From IMG/VR virus record IMGVR_UViG_3300042888_000268: a stretch of DNA of 64,000 nucleotides, one strand, 5' to 3'. Below are positions 17,226 to 28,500 of the stretch, piece after piece. The notes under the pieces were generated by a model. The model ran no database searches. It saw only the letters and a program-made list of their open reading frames with translations, and was not told the origin of the DNA. This stretch comes from an uncultured virus (IMG/VR IMGVR_UViG_3300042888_000268) (lineage: Duplodnaviria; Heunggongvirae; Uroviricota; Caudoviricetes). Both the position numbers and the translations under genes were made by a program. Position 1 is the stretch's first letter. Each line of letters begins with the position of its first letter.

Positions 17226-20200
17226 TTACTTTCTTCTTTGGAACTCTTGACCTTTAAGAGCTTTTACCGGGTCTATTTGAGATCCGGTAATACCAAAGAT
17301 CTTAGCTGCATCATTAATAAATTTAGGACTATCTTGCTTTTGGAAGCTGTAAGGACCCGCATCTTTTTTATAGAATGCTCCTTTATCATCCGTCATATAT
17401 CCTACAAGATGATCTAAGAAATCCATAGGTTGTTTTAATGTAACCCCGTATATAGCATCAGGCATAATAATGTTTCTACCTGTAGCTTTTACTTGAGACC
17501 ATGAAGAGAACTGTTGAGTCTCGTTAAGTGTACCTAACATAACCACTATACCATGATTAAATAACCAACCTTGAAAGTTAAAGTCTTTTTCATTAAGAGC
17601 ACCACTACGCTTTCTCATCTTTTCAAAACGGTCTTCATCATCACCATCATATCCAAATACTAAACCTAACATTGAGAATAATACTACTTGATGAGCTATG
17701 TCTGCAACAAACTTAACGAAGTTTTTCTTCTCTTCTAGACTCATCATGTTATAGTTACCTACACCATATTTAAAGAAGTCTCTAGCAGTCTTTAATACAG
17801 AAGTGTAATATCCTGTAGTAACTGTTCCTAAAGCAGCACTAGGTCTTGTAGCACCCACTCTGTTCATAAGCATAGAGGTAAAGAATTTCTTTAAGAATGC
17901 TACTAGTCTAAAGGCAGCATAACGTTGTGCCTCAGGCTGATCCATTCTAGAATAAGTACCTTGTAATCTATTAGATACTTCATGCATAGTGTTCTTAGTT
18001 CTATTAAACTCTTCTCCTCCAACATCATACTTCTTATCAATTCCCTCTTTTAGAGTGATCTGACCATTAACTACTTGCCAAGCATCAATATATCTGATCT
18101 TCTTAGTTTGACCATTTAAAGTTTGGTCAATCTTAATATGATGCATCATTCCAGAAAACATTTCCATAGTAGCTTCTACCTCTAAGAACTTACGTGGAGA
18201 CATAAAGAAGCTTAAGCTAGCAGTGTCAGATGCAAAAGATCTACCAAACTGCTCACCTAAAGTTTTATCAAACATACCCTGTCCTGGATCAAATACTTGT
18301 ATAAGCTGTGCATCTAATGATCTATTACCAGTCTTATATAATTGAGCACTATGTGCTAATATCATCTTAAGAGCTCTAGGTTTTCCTAACAAATAACTTT
18401 GATAGTTTATATATTTAGATCCGGCTGCTTCAATACTTAATTGAACAACTGCTCCCATTCTGTTCTTTAATGCAGATGGTAATACATTAAATGAGAAGAA
18501 CCCAAAGCTAGCTAAACTCATCACCTGACTTTGGAACTTAAGTAATGCAGGACTGTTAGCAAACCAACCAGCTTGGTTAACACCCTCAAACTCACGCTCG
18601 TATAATCTTTGTATAGCACTTGCTCTTACAGACTCACCTTTCTTAGTTAAATAAGATACACGTCCAGTCTTTTGGAACATCCACTTATTAATCTTACTCA
18701 TATCTTTTACAGCGTTATCAGGATCAGCTATAGAAGTCTTAAGTGCTTGAGCAAATGGATTAAGCTCAACTAATTTCTTTTGTCTTAAACCTGAATGCAT
18801 ATACTTAAGCATAGAGTCACCAATATTCATACTAACTTGATCTAACTCTAGATTGTAAAGACCTGTAATAGGTACTTTTTTAATCTCTTCATCAAACATA
18901 TTAGTATAAACTAACTGCTCAGGATTAAAGTTTAAACCGTCTTGATAGTCATCATTAGCTTTAAAGAACATTTGTTTAATTCCTCTCATCCATTCTTTAG
19001 CCTTGCTAGCTTCCTTATCTGTAGTAGTCCCTTGTAAATATTCTAATCTAGGTTTACGGTATCTAGGAATTTGTAGATACAATCTACTCTCTCTAGGCAA
19101 ACCCTCTTGGAACTTAAGATGGAACTCTTTAAACTTTTCTAGTACAGCAAAAGCAGTAGGTCTTTCTCTTCTTAATTTCTCATAAGCAGGATTCATATAC
19201 TTATCATCAACGGCTCCTTCTGCTACAGTTTTAGGTAACCAGTTACCTTTATTGTCCACAGTTACCCCCACTTCTTTTTTAGTTCTATAGTCTTTCTTAA
19301 CTGATCTATAGAAATAAGATAGGTTAGGCTTACCTAATATCTTTTCTCCATCAGCTAGTGTAATAGTCTCAAATGACTCAGGATCATTAGGACGAGTTCT
19401 ATTCCATATAAATATACGCTCGTATACTGTCTTAGTAGTTCCTAACTCAACATCAAATACTTCTTTAGATACATGATTAGCTTTGAACCATGTTTCATAC
19501 TCAGAGCTCTCGTTAAATAATGTAACATAAGAGTTAGGTTGTAAAAGACCTTGAACAGTTTCATTATCTAGTAAAGGAAGATCTAATCTTTCCATCCAGC
19601 TATTAGCTATATCTACATAGTAATCAGTAGCTTCTTTAGATTGAAGTTCACTAAGCTTTTGGTAAATACGATTTAACTCAGCTTTCTGCATTAGGTTTAA
19701 CTTAATCTTAATACCTTTATCTACTAACTCATTCATTCTAGCAGAATCCTCAGGAGATAATCTAGTATTTATACTTTGATCTTTCTTGTTAAATAGATCT
19801 GATAACTCCTCAGTTTCAGCTTTACTTAAACCACTATATAATGTTTTCCTTTTCTCATTAATCTTTTCTTGTAGAGTCTTAGCTTTATCTTTACTCTTCT
19901 GAGTAATATCTGTTCCAATAATCTGACCATCTTGATCTCTAAATCCTGTAGCCATATCCAGCATCTCTTCCATCTCTGTAGATGAGTCAATCATGTCTCT
20001 AGTCTGTTGAGGAAGTGTTTCCATAAAGGTTCTAAGATCATTTAACACTTTGTTTCTTTCATCAAAGAACTTTTGAGTGTAAGCTACAACTGTATTATTT
20101 TTAATCCACTTATCACGTGCCTCTATAAATTCAGGGGATCCTGCAGCAATACCATCATCTACAAGAGTTTGTTCCATTCTTCTTAAGTTAGACTCAAATA

Positions 20201-22574
20201 ATCCTGGAGTAGGTACCCATTCAAAAAACTCTCTAGACTCTTTTCTATATTGACGTTCTATTTTAGCAACTTCTAACTCCTCTCCTGTTTTAGGATTACC
20301 TTCAGCATCTGTTAAAGAAGCCAATTGAGAGTATTGTCTCCATAAAAGTTTCTTTTGTTCAGAGATTTCATCATAGAAGTTCTCATCATAGTTTTGAGCA
20401 TCTAGTTCCTTAACTGTATTTAGAATAGTCTGCTTTCTTTTATAAGCTTCCTTTCCTAATTCTGACTCATATATCTTTTCTCTTTCATAGTATTCATTAA
20501 CATACTCTTGATGAAAGTAATCTCTTCTATGCTTTCTCAAATCTTTAAGAATCTGATCAGCTAATATCTCATCACCTTTTTGTAAAGCTGCATCATACTC
20601 ATGCTTTAAACGAGATGTTTCTACTGAAGTCTCTTTAAACTTATCTATAAACGACCAAACATCTTTAGTCTCAAACTCTCCCTTTTCATTCAAGAAAGGA
20701 ACCTTTTCTACAGTAACTAGGCTTTTCATTAGTTCTGTATAGTTACTACGATTATATCCAGCTGCTTTTAACAGTGGCTCCATTTCACGAATGAAGTCAT
20801 TCATATTACGTTGAGTCTGAGAATCAACATCATTGTAAGCATTTTTTAAGAACATTGCAAATCCACCAATAACAGGATCAGGAGAGTTTGTGTAAGACTC
20901 TAAGAATGCTGAATAGGCATTAGTATCTCCAGCTCTACCAGTAATAAGATCATTAATCTTTTTCTTAGTAAGTCTCATAGAGTCCCACTTCTGCTGCATA
21001 TCTTTGACCTTTTGTTCAGATCCAGATATAGCTTTTAATCTTTGTATTTCATCAGAGAAGTGTCTGTCAATACCTTCAGCTAAAGGAGTTAAGCTTTCAA
21101 ACAATACACTATCTACATTGTTTGCGTATATCTTATGCACTTTCTTTGTAGTAGTATCAATAGTATATTTCAAGCCGGCAACTAATCTTCCAAACTCAGA
21201 GTTTGTAGGTAAACCGTTGGCAGCTAATCTGTTATTAGTCTCATCTATAAAATCACTCCAGTTACGTAATAACAAATCATAATAAAATAAATTACTAATG
21301 ACATCTTTACTTTGTCCTTGAGTGGCTAATTTATCAATATGGCTACTTATACTAACTGTCATTTTATCTAGACGAAATATAGAGTGTACAAAGTTTTGAG
21401 TAGTTTTCTGTCTTATTGTAAACTTGTCAAATATCTTCTGAAGCTCTTCATTAATTTCTGTATTATCTAATGTAGACTTTAACTCTTGTAACTGACCTCT
21501 TCCTGTTTCATCAACTAAGAACTTTCTGGTTTCAGAGTAGTTCTTATTTTCTTTAATACGTCTTATATGGTTAGTAACTACATCATAGAAACGTTGTACA
21601 GTTTCAGATATAGCTAGGTATTCTACGTTCTCTAGTTCATTAGTAAAATTAGTAATATCACGCACATAGTCTACATAGTCCTGCTGACTAATCACTTCTG
21701 TATTTATATCAAACTTATCCGATCTAAGCATATCTGCTAACTGAGATAGACTAGTATTAGCTGATAGCTTTTCTACTTTAACTGCTGTACCAAAAGCTTT
21801 ACGGAGCATTTGCTTAAACGCAAATAATAACTTATTAATAAAGTCTTTAAAACCTTTACTTGTTTCTTCATTAGCGTTGTTAGCAGCTAAAGCTCTTACC
21901 AACACCTCTTGTCTAAATTGAGCAGATGTATCTTCTAAATCAGGATAAAGGTTTCTTACATCAGATATAATACTTTCCCCCTCCACTGTAGCAGATAAGT
22001 CACTATATATCTTATTAAATAGTGTTGGGTTCTCTATAAAAATAGAGGCAGCTAAAGGGTGGGCATACTCATGCAAAATATTATCTGCAGTAAATCGTCC
22101 CTCTAATAGATACACCTTACCGCTAAAAAAGAAAGCAGCTTCTCCAGTCCAAGGATTAGTTGTATCTTTTGTTAAATTTCTAGCATCCTGAGCATTGATG
22201 ACACTATAAGGTATACCAAAGCTAGTAGCTAACTGATTAGCTAATGCAACTGCTGCAGTGTTTCCAATGTCCACCTTTTGATCAGCTTCTGAAAATATAG
22301 GATTAGTCTCATCCACCTTGGTGTCTAGACCTACAATGTATTTAATAGATGGTTCTCCATTAGAATCTTTTTCTAAATCAGAATCAATTACCTCCCAGTA
22401 ACCATACTTATCTTTAAAAGTTTCAGTGTATGGTTGAGCCCAATATCTTAAAGCCTTTTCAGCATTAGGCTGAACAGCTAAGATATCTTTATAAAGGATT
22501 GACTCTTTACCATTAGGAGCCAACACTTTTTCAATGTCACTAGTTTCTTTATTACGAATTATGCTACAAGCCAT
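17226..22574 (-). CDS. Giant virion cargo/ejection protein with N-terminal zincin motif
   Basis: 1782 aa; HEYAH at 22059-22073; hydrophobic segments near the C-terminus; lies directly downstream of the RNAP gene as in crAss-like phages. Confidence 0.75.
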   Translation of the reverse strand: MACSIIRNKETSDIEKVLAPNGKESILYKDILAVQPNAEKALRYWAQPYTETFKDKYGYWEVIDSDLEKDSNGEPSIKYIVGLDTKVDETNPIFSEADQKVDIGNTAAVALANQLATSFGIPYSVINAQDARNLTKDTTNPWTGEAAFFFSGKVYLLEGRFTADNILHEYAHPLAASIFIENPTLFNKIYSDLSATVEGESIISDVRNLYPDLEDTSAQFRQEVLVRALAANNANEETSKGFKDFINKLLFAFKQMLRKAFGTAVKVEKLSANTSLSQLADMLRSDKFDINTEVISQQDYVDYVRDITNFTNELENVEYLAISETVQRFYDVVTNHIRRIKENKNYSETRKFLVDETGRGQLQELKSTLDNTEINEELQKIFDKFTIRQKTTQNFVHSIFRLDKMTVSISSHIDKLATQGQSKDVISNLFYYDLLLRNWSDFIDETNNRLAANGLPTNSEFGRLVAGLKYTIDTTTKKVHKIYANNVDSVLFESLTPLAEGIDRHFSDEIQRLKAISGSEQKVKDMQQKWDSMRLTKKKINDLITGRAGDTNAYSAFLESYTNSPDPVIGGFAMFLKNAYNDVDSQTQRNMNDFIREMEPLLKAAGYNRSNYTELMKSLVTVEKVPFLNEKGEFETKDVWSFIDKFKETSVETSRLKHEYDAALQKGDEILADQILKDLRKHRRDYFHQEYVNEYYEREKIYESELGKEAYKRKQTILNTVKELDAQNYDENFYDEISEQKKLLWRQYSQLASLTDAEGNPKTGEELEVAKIERQYRKESREFFEWVPTPGLFESNLRRMEQTLVDDGIAAGSPEFIEARDKWIKNNTVVAYTQKFFDERNKVLNDLRTFMETLPQQTRDMIDSSTEMEEMLDMATGFRDQDGQIIGTDITQKSKDKAKTLQEKINEKRKTLYSGLSKAETEELSDLFNKKDQSINTRLSPEDSARMNELVDKGIKIKLNLMQKAELNRIYQKLSELQSKEATDYYVDIANSWMERLDLPLLDNETVQGLLQPNSYVTLFNESSEYETWFKANHVSKEVFDVELGTTKTVYERIFIWNRTRPNDPESFETITLADGEKILGKPNLSYFYRSVKKDYRTKKEVGVTVDNKGNWLPKTVAEGAVDDKYMNPAYEKLRRERPTAFAVLEKFKEFHLKFQEGLPRESRLYLQIPRYRKPRLEYLQGTTTDKEASKAKEWMRGIKQMFFKANDDYQDGLNFNPEQLVYTNMFDEEIKKVPITGLYNLELDQVSMNIGDSMLKYMHSGLRQKKLVELNPFAQALKTSIADPDNAVKDMSKINKWMFQKTGRVSYLTKKGESVRASAIQRLYEREFEGVNQAGWFANSPALLKFQSQVMSLASFGFFSFNVLPSALKNRMGAVVQLSIEAAGSKYINYQSYLLGKPRALKMILAHSAQLYKTGNRSLDAQLIQVFDPGQGMFDKTLGEQFGRSFASDTASLSFFMSPRKFLEVEATMEMFSGMMHHIKIDQTLNGQTKKIRYIDAWQVVNGQITLKEGIDKKYDVGGEEFNRTKNTMHEVSNRLQGTYSRMDQPEAQRYAAFRLVAFLKKFFTSMLMNRVGATRPSAALGTVTTGYYTSVLKTARDFFKYGVGNYNMMSLEEKKNFVKFVADIAHQVVLFSMLGLVFGYDGDDEDRFEKMRKRSGALNEKDFNFQGWLFNHGIVVMLGTLNETQQFSSWSQVKATGRNIIMPDAIYGVTLKQPMDFLDHLVGYMTDDKGAFYKKDAGPYSFQKQDSPKFINDAAKIFGITGSQIDPVKALKGQEFQRRK

Positions 22575-22577
22575 ATG

Positions 22578-25500
22578 CTATGAATTACAGTTTTTAGATT
22601 CTTCTACCTTTTGTTCTATGATGCTTTCTATCTCTTCATCAGTTATAGGCTGACTAGATTGAAACTCTTTTCTAAAGCCTAAATTTGACTCTGCTCCTGG
22701 GTTTACATATCCATACTTCTTATAAAGTTCAGATACTAAATATGTATAAGTTCTAGGAGCTTTATCTTTTAACACATCAATTTGGGCATCTTCCTTACCT
22801 AGTATTGTAGTTAATCCTGAAGAAGGAAAGACAACCTTTGTACCATTACCTAAGTGATTATCAATAACCTCTAAAGCCTGATTTATAAGATCTACATTAC
22901 TATCATAACTTTCATCTGACCAAGATTGTGAACCACCTTTCTGTTTAATCGGTATACCAACACTGTTTCCTGCAGTTTTATAAGGAGTTGTTAGCACCTC
23001 TGCAATACCATCTTGATTAGTAGGGTATACAAATATACTTTCTTTATTACTATTAATAACAGTTTCAAAATCTTTTATCTCAGAATTAGTTCTTGGATTA
23101 TCGTACACAGTAGCTTTACCAGCTTCTCTGAAATCAGACTGACCTTCTTCCATATCTCTAGCAACTGTTTCTCCTGTACTCTCTGTATATTGAATATAGT
23201 TTCTATATCTTAAACGACTGCTACTAGAATTAGAACTCCAGTTGGAATCAAATATATCAGAATACTTATTCAAAAATTCTTCAGACATACCTTTTTCTAA
23301 TACCTCTTTCATAGGCTCTTCTAGTAATTTCATTAGAGTTTCTGTAGGTAGTATAGAAGATAGTGTACTTCCTGATTTATTTATGCCAGCTCTTAAGTAC
23401 TCAGCTACTATTAATCTGCTAAAAAACTTAGATACTTCTAGATTTTTAGCTTTGTCTGCAACTTTTAATGTTCCAACATCAGATAATCTTACTAAATTCT
23501 CGTGCAAAACATTAATCATTTCTGAATCAAGTTTATCAGACTTTAACTTTAGTGTTCTAAGTTTTCTACCTTTATTCTTACCAGCCTCACCAATAAAGCC
23601 AATTTGATCCATAATTATATACTCTTGCTCTAGCTCAGGGTAAACTCTCTTTATGTTTAAGAACTCATCAGCAATACTGTTCTTAGATTTAAGAATAGTA
23701 TAGAAATTAAAAGTTCTCTCTAAAGCACGATCAGCTAGTATTTGTTCATAAGCTTCTCTACTTTGGTTCTCTTTCATTGGAATTACAGATCTTAAGTATT
23801 CTCTCTCTAATACAAAGTGAGTATACTCTTGTAAGTTCTGACTTCTCTTAGGTCCCATTTGGAAAGCTCCTATATCAGTTTTAGCTAACTGTAAAGACTC
23901 ATATCCTTTTCCTGCATATTCTTTTTGATCAAAGTCTAATGCAATCTGCTGAGGATCAACATACATCACACCTTCTTTTACAAATGCTCCGTATTTAATT
24001 TGAACCTTTTCAACAGGAATACTCTTATTTATAAGTAATCCTTTATACTCTTTTATATTCTTCAGATCTATACCCTTAACATAGTTTTGCATTAAGTACA
24101 TAGGTATATCATTCTTAAATGCTGCTACATATTTCTCAGCATCTTCAAATGTCTTTTTATACTTACCAGTATTGATCTTATTAATTAAATAGTTATTTAT
24201 AATTTCATCTCCTCTAAGTTTCATTAATGGCTTCCATAGTTTTAGCTGGAAAGCTTGTACAAGAAACGACTTAATAGGAGAGTTGTATAATATATCTTTA
24301 ACTAAACTTTGGTTCACAGCATCCACATTCTTTAACTTATCTATTTTGCTAAGTCTCTCTTGAGCAGAGTACAAAGATTTAGAAGGAGCGGTGTCTAAGT
24401 TAACGGTTAACTTAACATTAGTTAATTGACTCATTAGATCTTCTAATTCAAAAAAGTGTAGTAAAGCAGCTTTAGCCATCTCAGATTGCGTATTCTTTTC
24501 TTTAATGTTACCTAGTAATCCATCTGCAGTATACTCCTGATTACCGTTATACTTATTAATAATTCTATAAATATCAGCATTACTTACAATAATATCTCCA
24601 TTTTCAGTTTCTCTTGGACGACCTGTCTTTTTATCTATAGTTAAGTCCTCATAGAAATTACGAATAATAAACTCCTTTCTTATATTATATTTATCAAGAC
24701 CTTTACCCTTGCTAACCTCGTTACCTGCAGCCTCATAGAAAGGACTATTACGTTTAGCTCTATCTTTAATATACTTAATAACTAAAGGTTGTGATACAAA
24801 GTAAGCAGCTGTCTTAAAGTCTACACCTGTTTCTAATAAGAATAACAACACTGGTCCAGCTACATTATTACCGTTGATATTAAATATCCAAGCATCTTTT
24901 TCAATATCTACCCATCCATTCATCAATTGAGAAATTAAATCAGAGATCTTATCTCCTGTTACAGTTTCAACATCTGATAAAGATATATAGCTCTTACCAT
25001 CCTTAGTAACCATATTATGTTTCATACGGATATTAATAGGACGAATTTCAGTAACAACCTTTCCGTTCTTTACTTTATATTCTTTAGTAATAGGATCTAT
25101 AGGATAGTGAGTGTATTGTTTTTCAAGTCTAGCTCCCACTCTTTTAAAGATGGAAGAGTACTTATTATCTACAGCACCAATACCTAATGTTCTCTTACCA
25201 ATGTTATTAGACTCATGTTTATACAAGTTATATCTAGGCTCTAATGTACGAGTAGGACTAATCTTAGAACCTTGCTCTTTAGTCTTATTAGCCAAAGGAT
25301 TGTATCCTTGGATATTTTCAACAGATAACTCATCAGCCACACCTTTAACAATGTCTGTATTGTTAGGACGAATAAGAGCATCAAAGTTATCAGGGTGCTC
25401 TAAAATTTGACGAATAGTTTCAATTATTTGATTCTCAATAGCCTTAACACTCTTACCAGTTGCATAAGTAGCTTCTTCATTATCAAATTTATAATTAGGT

Positions 25501-28500
25501 TGGAAAATAGTTAACTTGTCAATATCAAAGTCAGATCCTGATTTAGCTACAATCTCAGCTGGAGGTACAATAATAGATCCTGCTTCTTCAGGAAGAAACT
25601 CATAGACTTCCATGAACTCCATAGAGTTAAATCCTTGTACAGGAATACGCACTCCTACCATAGTGATAAGCTTACGATTATCATTTTTATCTAACCACTT
25701 ATCATTCTTAAGCACTTCATTCAAACGTTCTATTGTACCAATCTTTTTACCATCTGTATGCTTAAGTTCAAGTAACTTGTAATAGTCACCTTTCATAGCA
25801 ATCTTTACTTTCATAGCAGAAGTAGATCCATTCTTACCTTTACCTGGACGGTAAGTAGGTAAGTCATTAGTACCATATCTAGCTAATTGATCCTCTGTAG
25901 GATTCTTAAATCCTGATTCAAAACCAGCACCTGATACTTGTACTAACTGTTCTCCGTTCATCTTCTGACGAACCAATCGTTTTATTACAATAGAGTTTAA
26001 TAGTTTTTCTATCTTCTCAGCATTAAGACTAAAGCTTAAGTCACTTTGTAAACCAAAGTTTTTAATAAAGTCTATATCATGTTCAGGTAAACCTTGACGA
26101 TCTAACTCTTTCTGTACAAAATTCATAAGACTCTCTGTACTTCCAGATAGGTTTCCTTTAGCATCTTCTTTCCAACCAGCTTGTTCTAACAACTCTTTCT
26201 TTTTACCTTCTTGTAGAACATCAAGTAGTTTTTCAAATCTAGATACAAGTAATTCAAAGTCTTTAGATATAGGTATCCCTTGCTTAAATAAGTCATTGAT
26301 AATCAATGTTCTAAGCTGGGTAGAGAATATAGTTTTATTCTTCCAAGTAGATTGAATATCCACTTGATCTTTTAAATATTGTATAAACACTCCGTTCTTA
26401 GTGTACTCTGCTTCTCCTTCATTCCAAGACTTAATAGATCTAGCAGCATAGTCATCATTCTCATATAGAGAATCAGGTTTTCCATTAGATGTTATAGTAG
26501 CCATCTTACTTCCAGACTCAAACAATGCGTAATCTACTCCTTGTTTAACTAAGTTATCATGAAGAGTCTCCATGTTAGTTCCTTTAACCATAGATGGAAT
26601 GAGAGGCATTAGTGAAAACTTATGCAAAACTTGCACATGTAACTTCTCAGTTTTTACAGGACCAGCATATTGAAACTTCTTCGTAGGAAAGAATTCAGTA
26701 ATCTCAGCAGGATCTACAACTTCATCATTAATAATTTTATTGTATAGCTCGTTCTGCTTAGGAGACCAAGCTCCTTCTAAAAGAGATAAGATTCTATATG
26801 AGTCAAAGGTAATCCATCCTTGAGCATCTCCTTCTGTCATTTCTTTATAAGGAGATAAAATCTTTTCAGCTTGCTCTTTTGTATATTTACCAGAATTTAC
26901 TAAAGCCGTTACATACTCTTCAAAATAAACTGAATCTACTTTATTATCTTTAAACACTACAGAGTTTATTACACCATCAGATGAACGCTGAGCTGCTCCA
27001 ATTTTATTAGCGTATGCTCTACCTATATTATTAATAAACATAGATGTAGATTCACTAAAAGAAAAAGATCTACCTGTAGATCCAATAGCAGCATTACGTT
27101 TATGAAACTCATCCTTATCATGATTATACATAGCCAAGTCTGCATATAATATAGAAACAGCTTCCATATTATGGATTAAAGCATTTACTGTAAATGATCT
27201 TAAAGCAATCATAGTAAGTTCTTGTTCCTTACCTTTACCTATATTTAAACCTGTATCTTTTCTAACTAGGTTACTTAATGATGGTATACCCTTACCTCCA
27301 AATAATATCTCTTCAGACATATAAGGAAGAGTAACAAAAATTTCAAAGTTCTCATCTACTAAGTTATTAATATAGTTATTAATATCATTAGAGATTCTTT
27401 CAGCAAACTTAGGATCATCCAAAATGCTTAGTGAATCTTTTTCATTAGCTACAGCTATTAAATCAGTCTTAAGACTATCTGATAATATATCATCAAACAT
27501 TGTAAATGTTAAACCTCTCTCATTAAATCCTGGAATATTATCAGCTTTGCCTGCTTTTAGTATAGCAATACGTTCCATCTCAGCAGCAATCTTTGGCTTA
27601 AGAAGAGATACAGTAGCATTATGACTTTTAACTCTATCTGCAAAGTAACCACTACTAATATATAAATGATTAGCATTTTGATTAAACTCTGTATCTATCT
27701 TAGATACACTAACACCATAAGCAGTAGACTTAGCTGCATGTCTTGAAAGTTCCATAACACCACGTATTAGCATGGTATGTACATCCATTAAAAACTTACT
27801 AATAGGATCTAGCTGAGAAGTCTTAATACCTGTTGAGGCACTTTGAGTACCAACTATATTCTCTATTACATTCTTGATACCGTTTAAGTTATCAATATTT
27901 ATAGTAACATTAGTAGCTCCATATGAAGCTTTACTAGTCTTTCTTTTATTCTTATTACTTAAATCAAATACTTTACCTACAGGAATATGAAACAAACTAT
28001 TTAACCATATAGAATACTTAGCAAAAGGATTTTTTCTATAGTCTAAATGAGACATATGAGGTTGACTAACCATTTCATTATAGTCCTTATCCTTATCATT
28101 AAGTTCAGATAGCACCTTTGTAATAGTATTGTTTAATGATAAGTCATGTTCTCTATTTCCTTCCACATTCTGCACAGAGTTATTACTATACTTACCAGAG
28201 TCAGTAGCTTCTATTTCTAAAATCTTAGAAACACTACTAGATTCTCCTTTGTATACAGACTCTCCTTCTATCTTTACTTCACTACGCAAAGCTAAAACAG
28301 GGTTAGTAGTCTTTATATTATACTTTTTAAGATCTTGAATTCCTTTATATAGATAATATACAGCAGTGTAGTTATCGTATACTTTCTGTTTAACAGCTCT
28401 ATTATCTGTTAAATAAAATCCTATTGCTCTTAAGAATTCAAATGCTTTATCTTCATCAATAATAGTTCTATTACCTTTTCCAAAAAGATCATTATAAGGA

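Noticed and set aside
22572..22580. In-frame TAG-CAT-ATG between the RNAP and the 1782-aa gene, suggesting read-through into a ~4,900-aa fusion
   Set aside because: A 3-nt stop-to-start spacing recurs at other junctions (42583/42587, 56738/56742, 57299/57303), two of them with a second stop in the spacer, so it looks like ordinary gene packing. It cannot be fully excluded.
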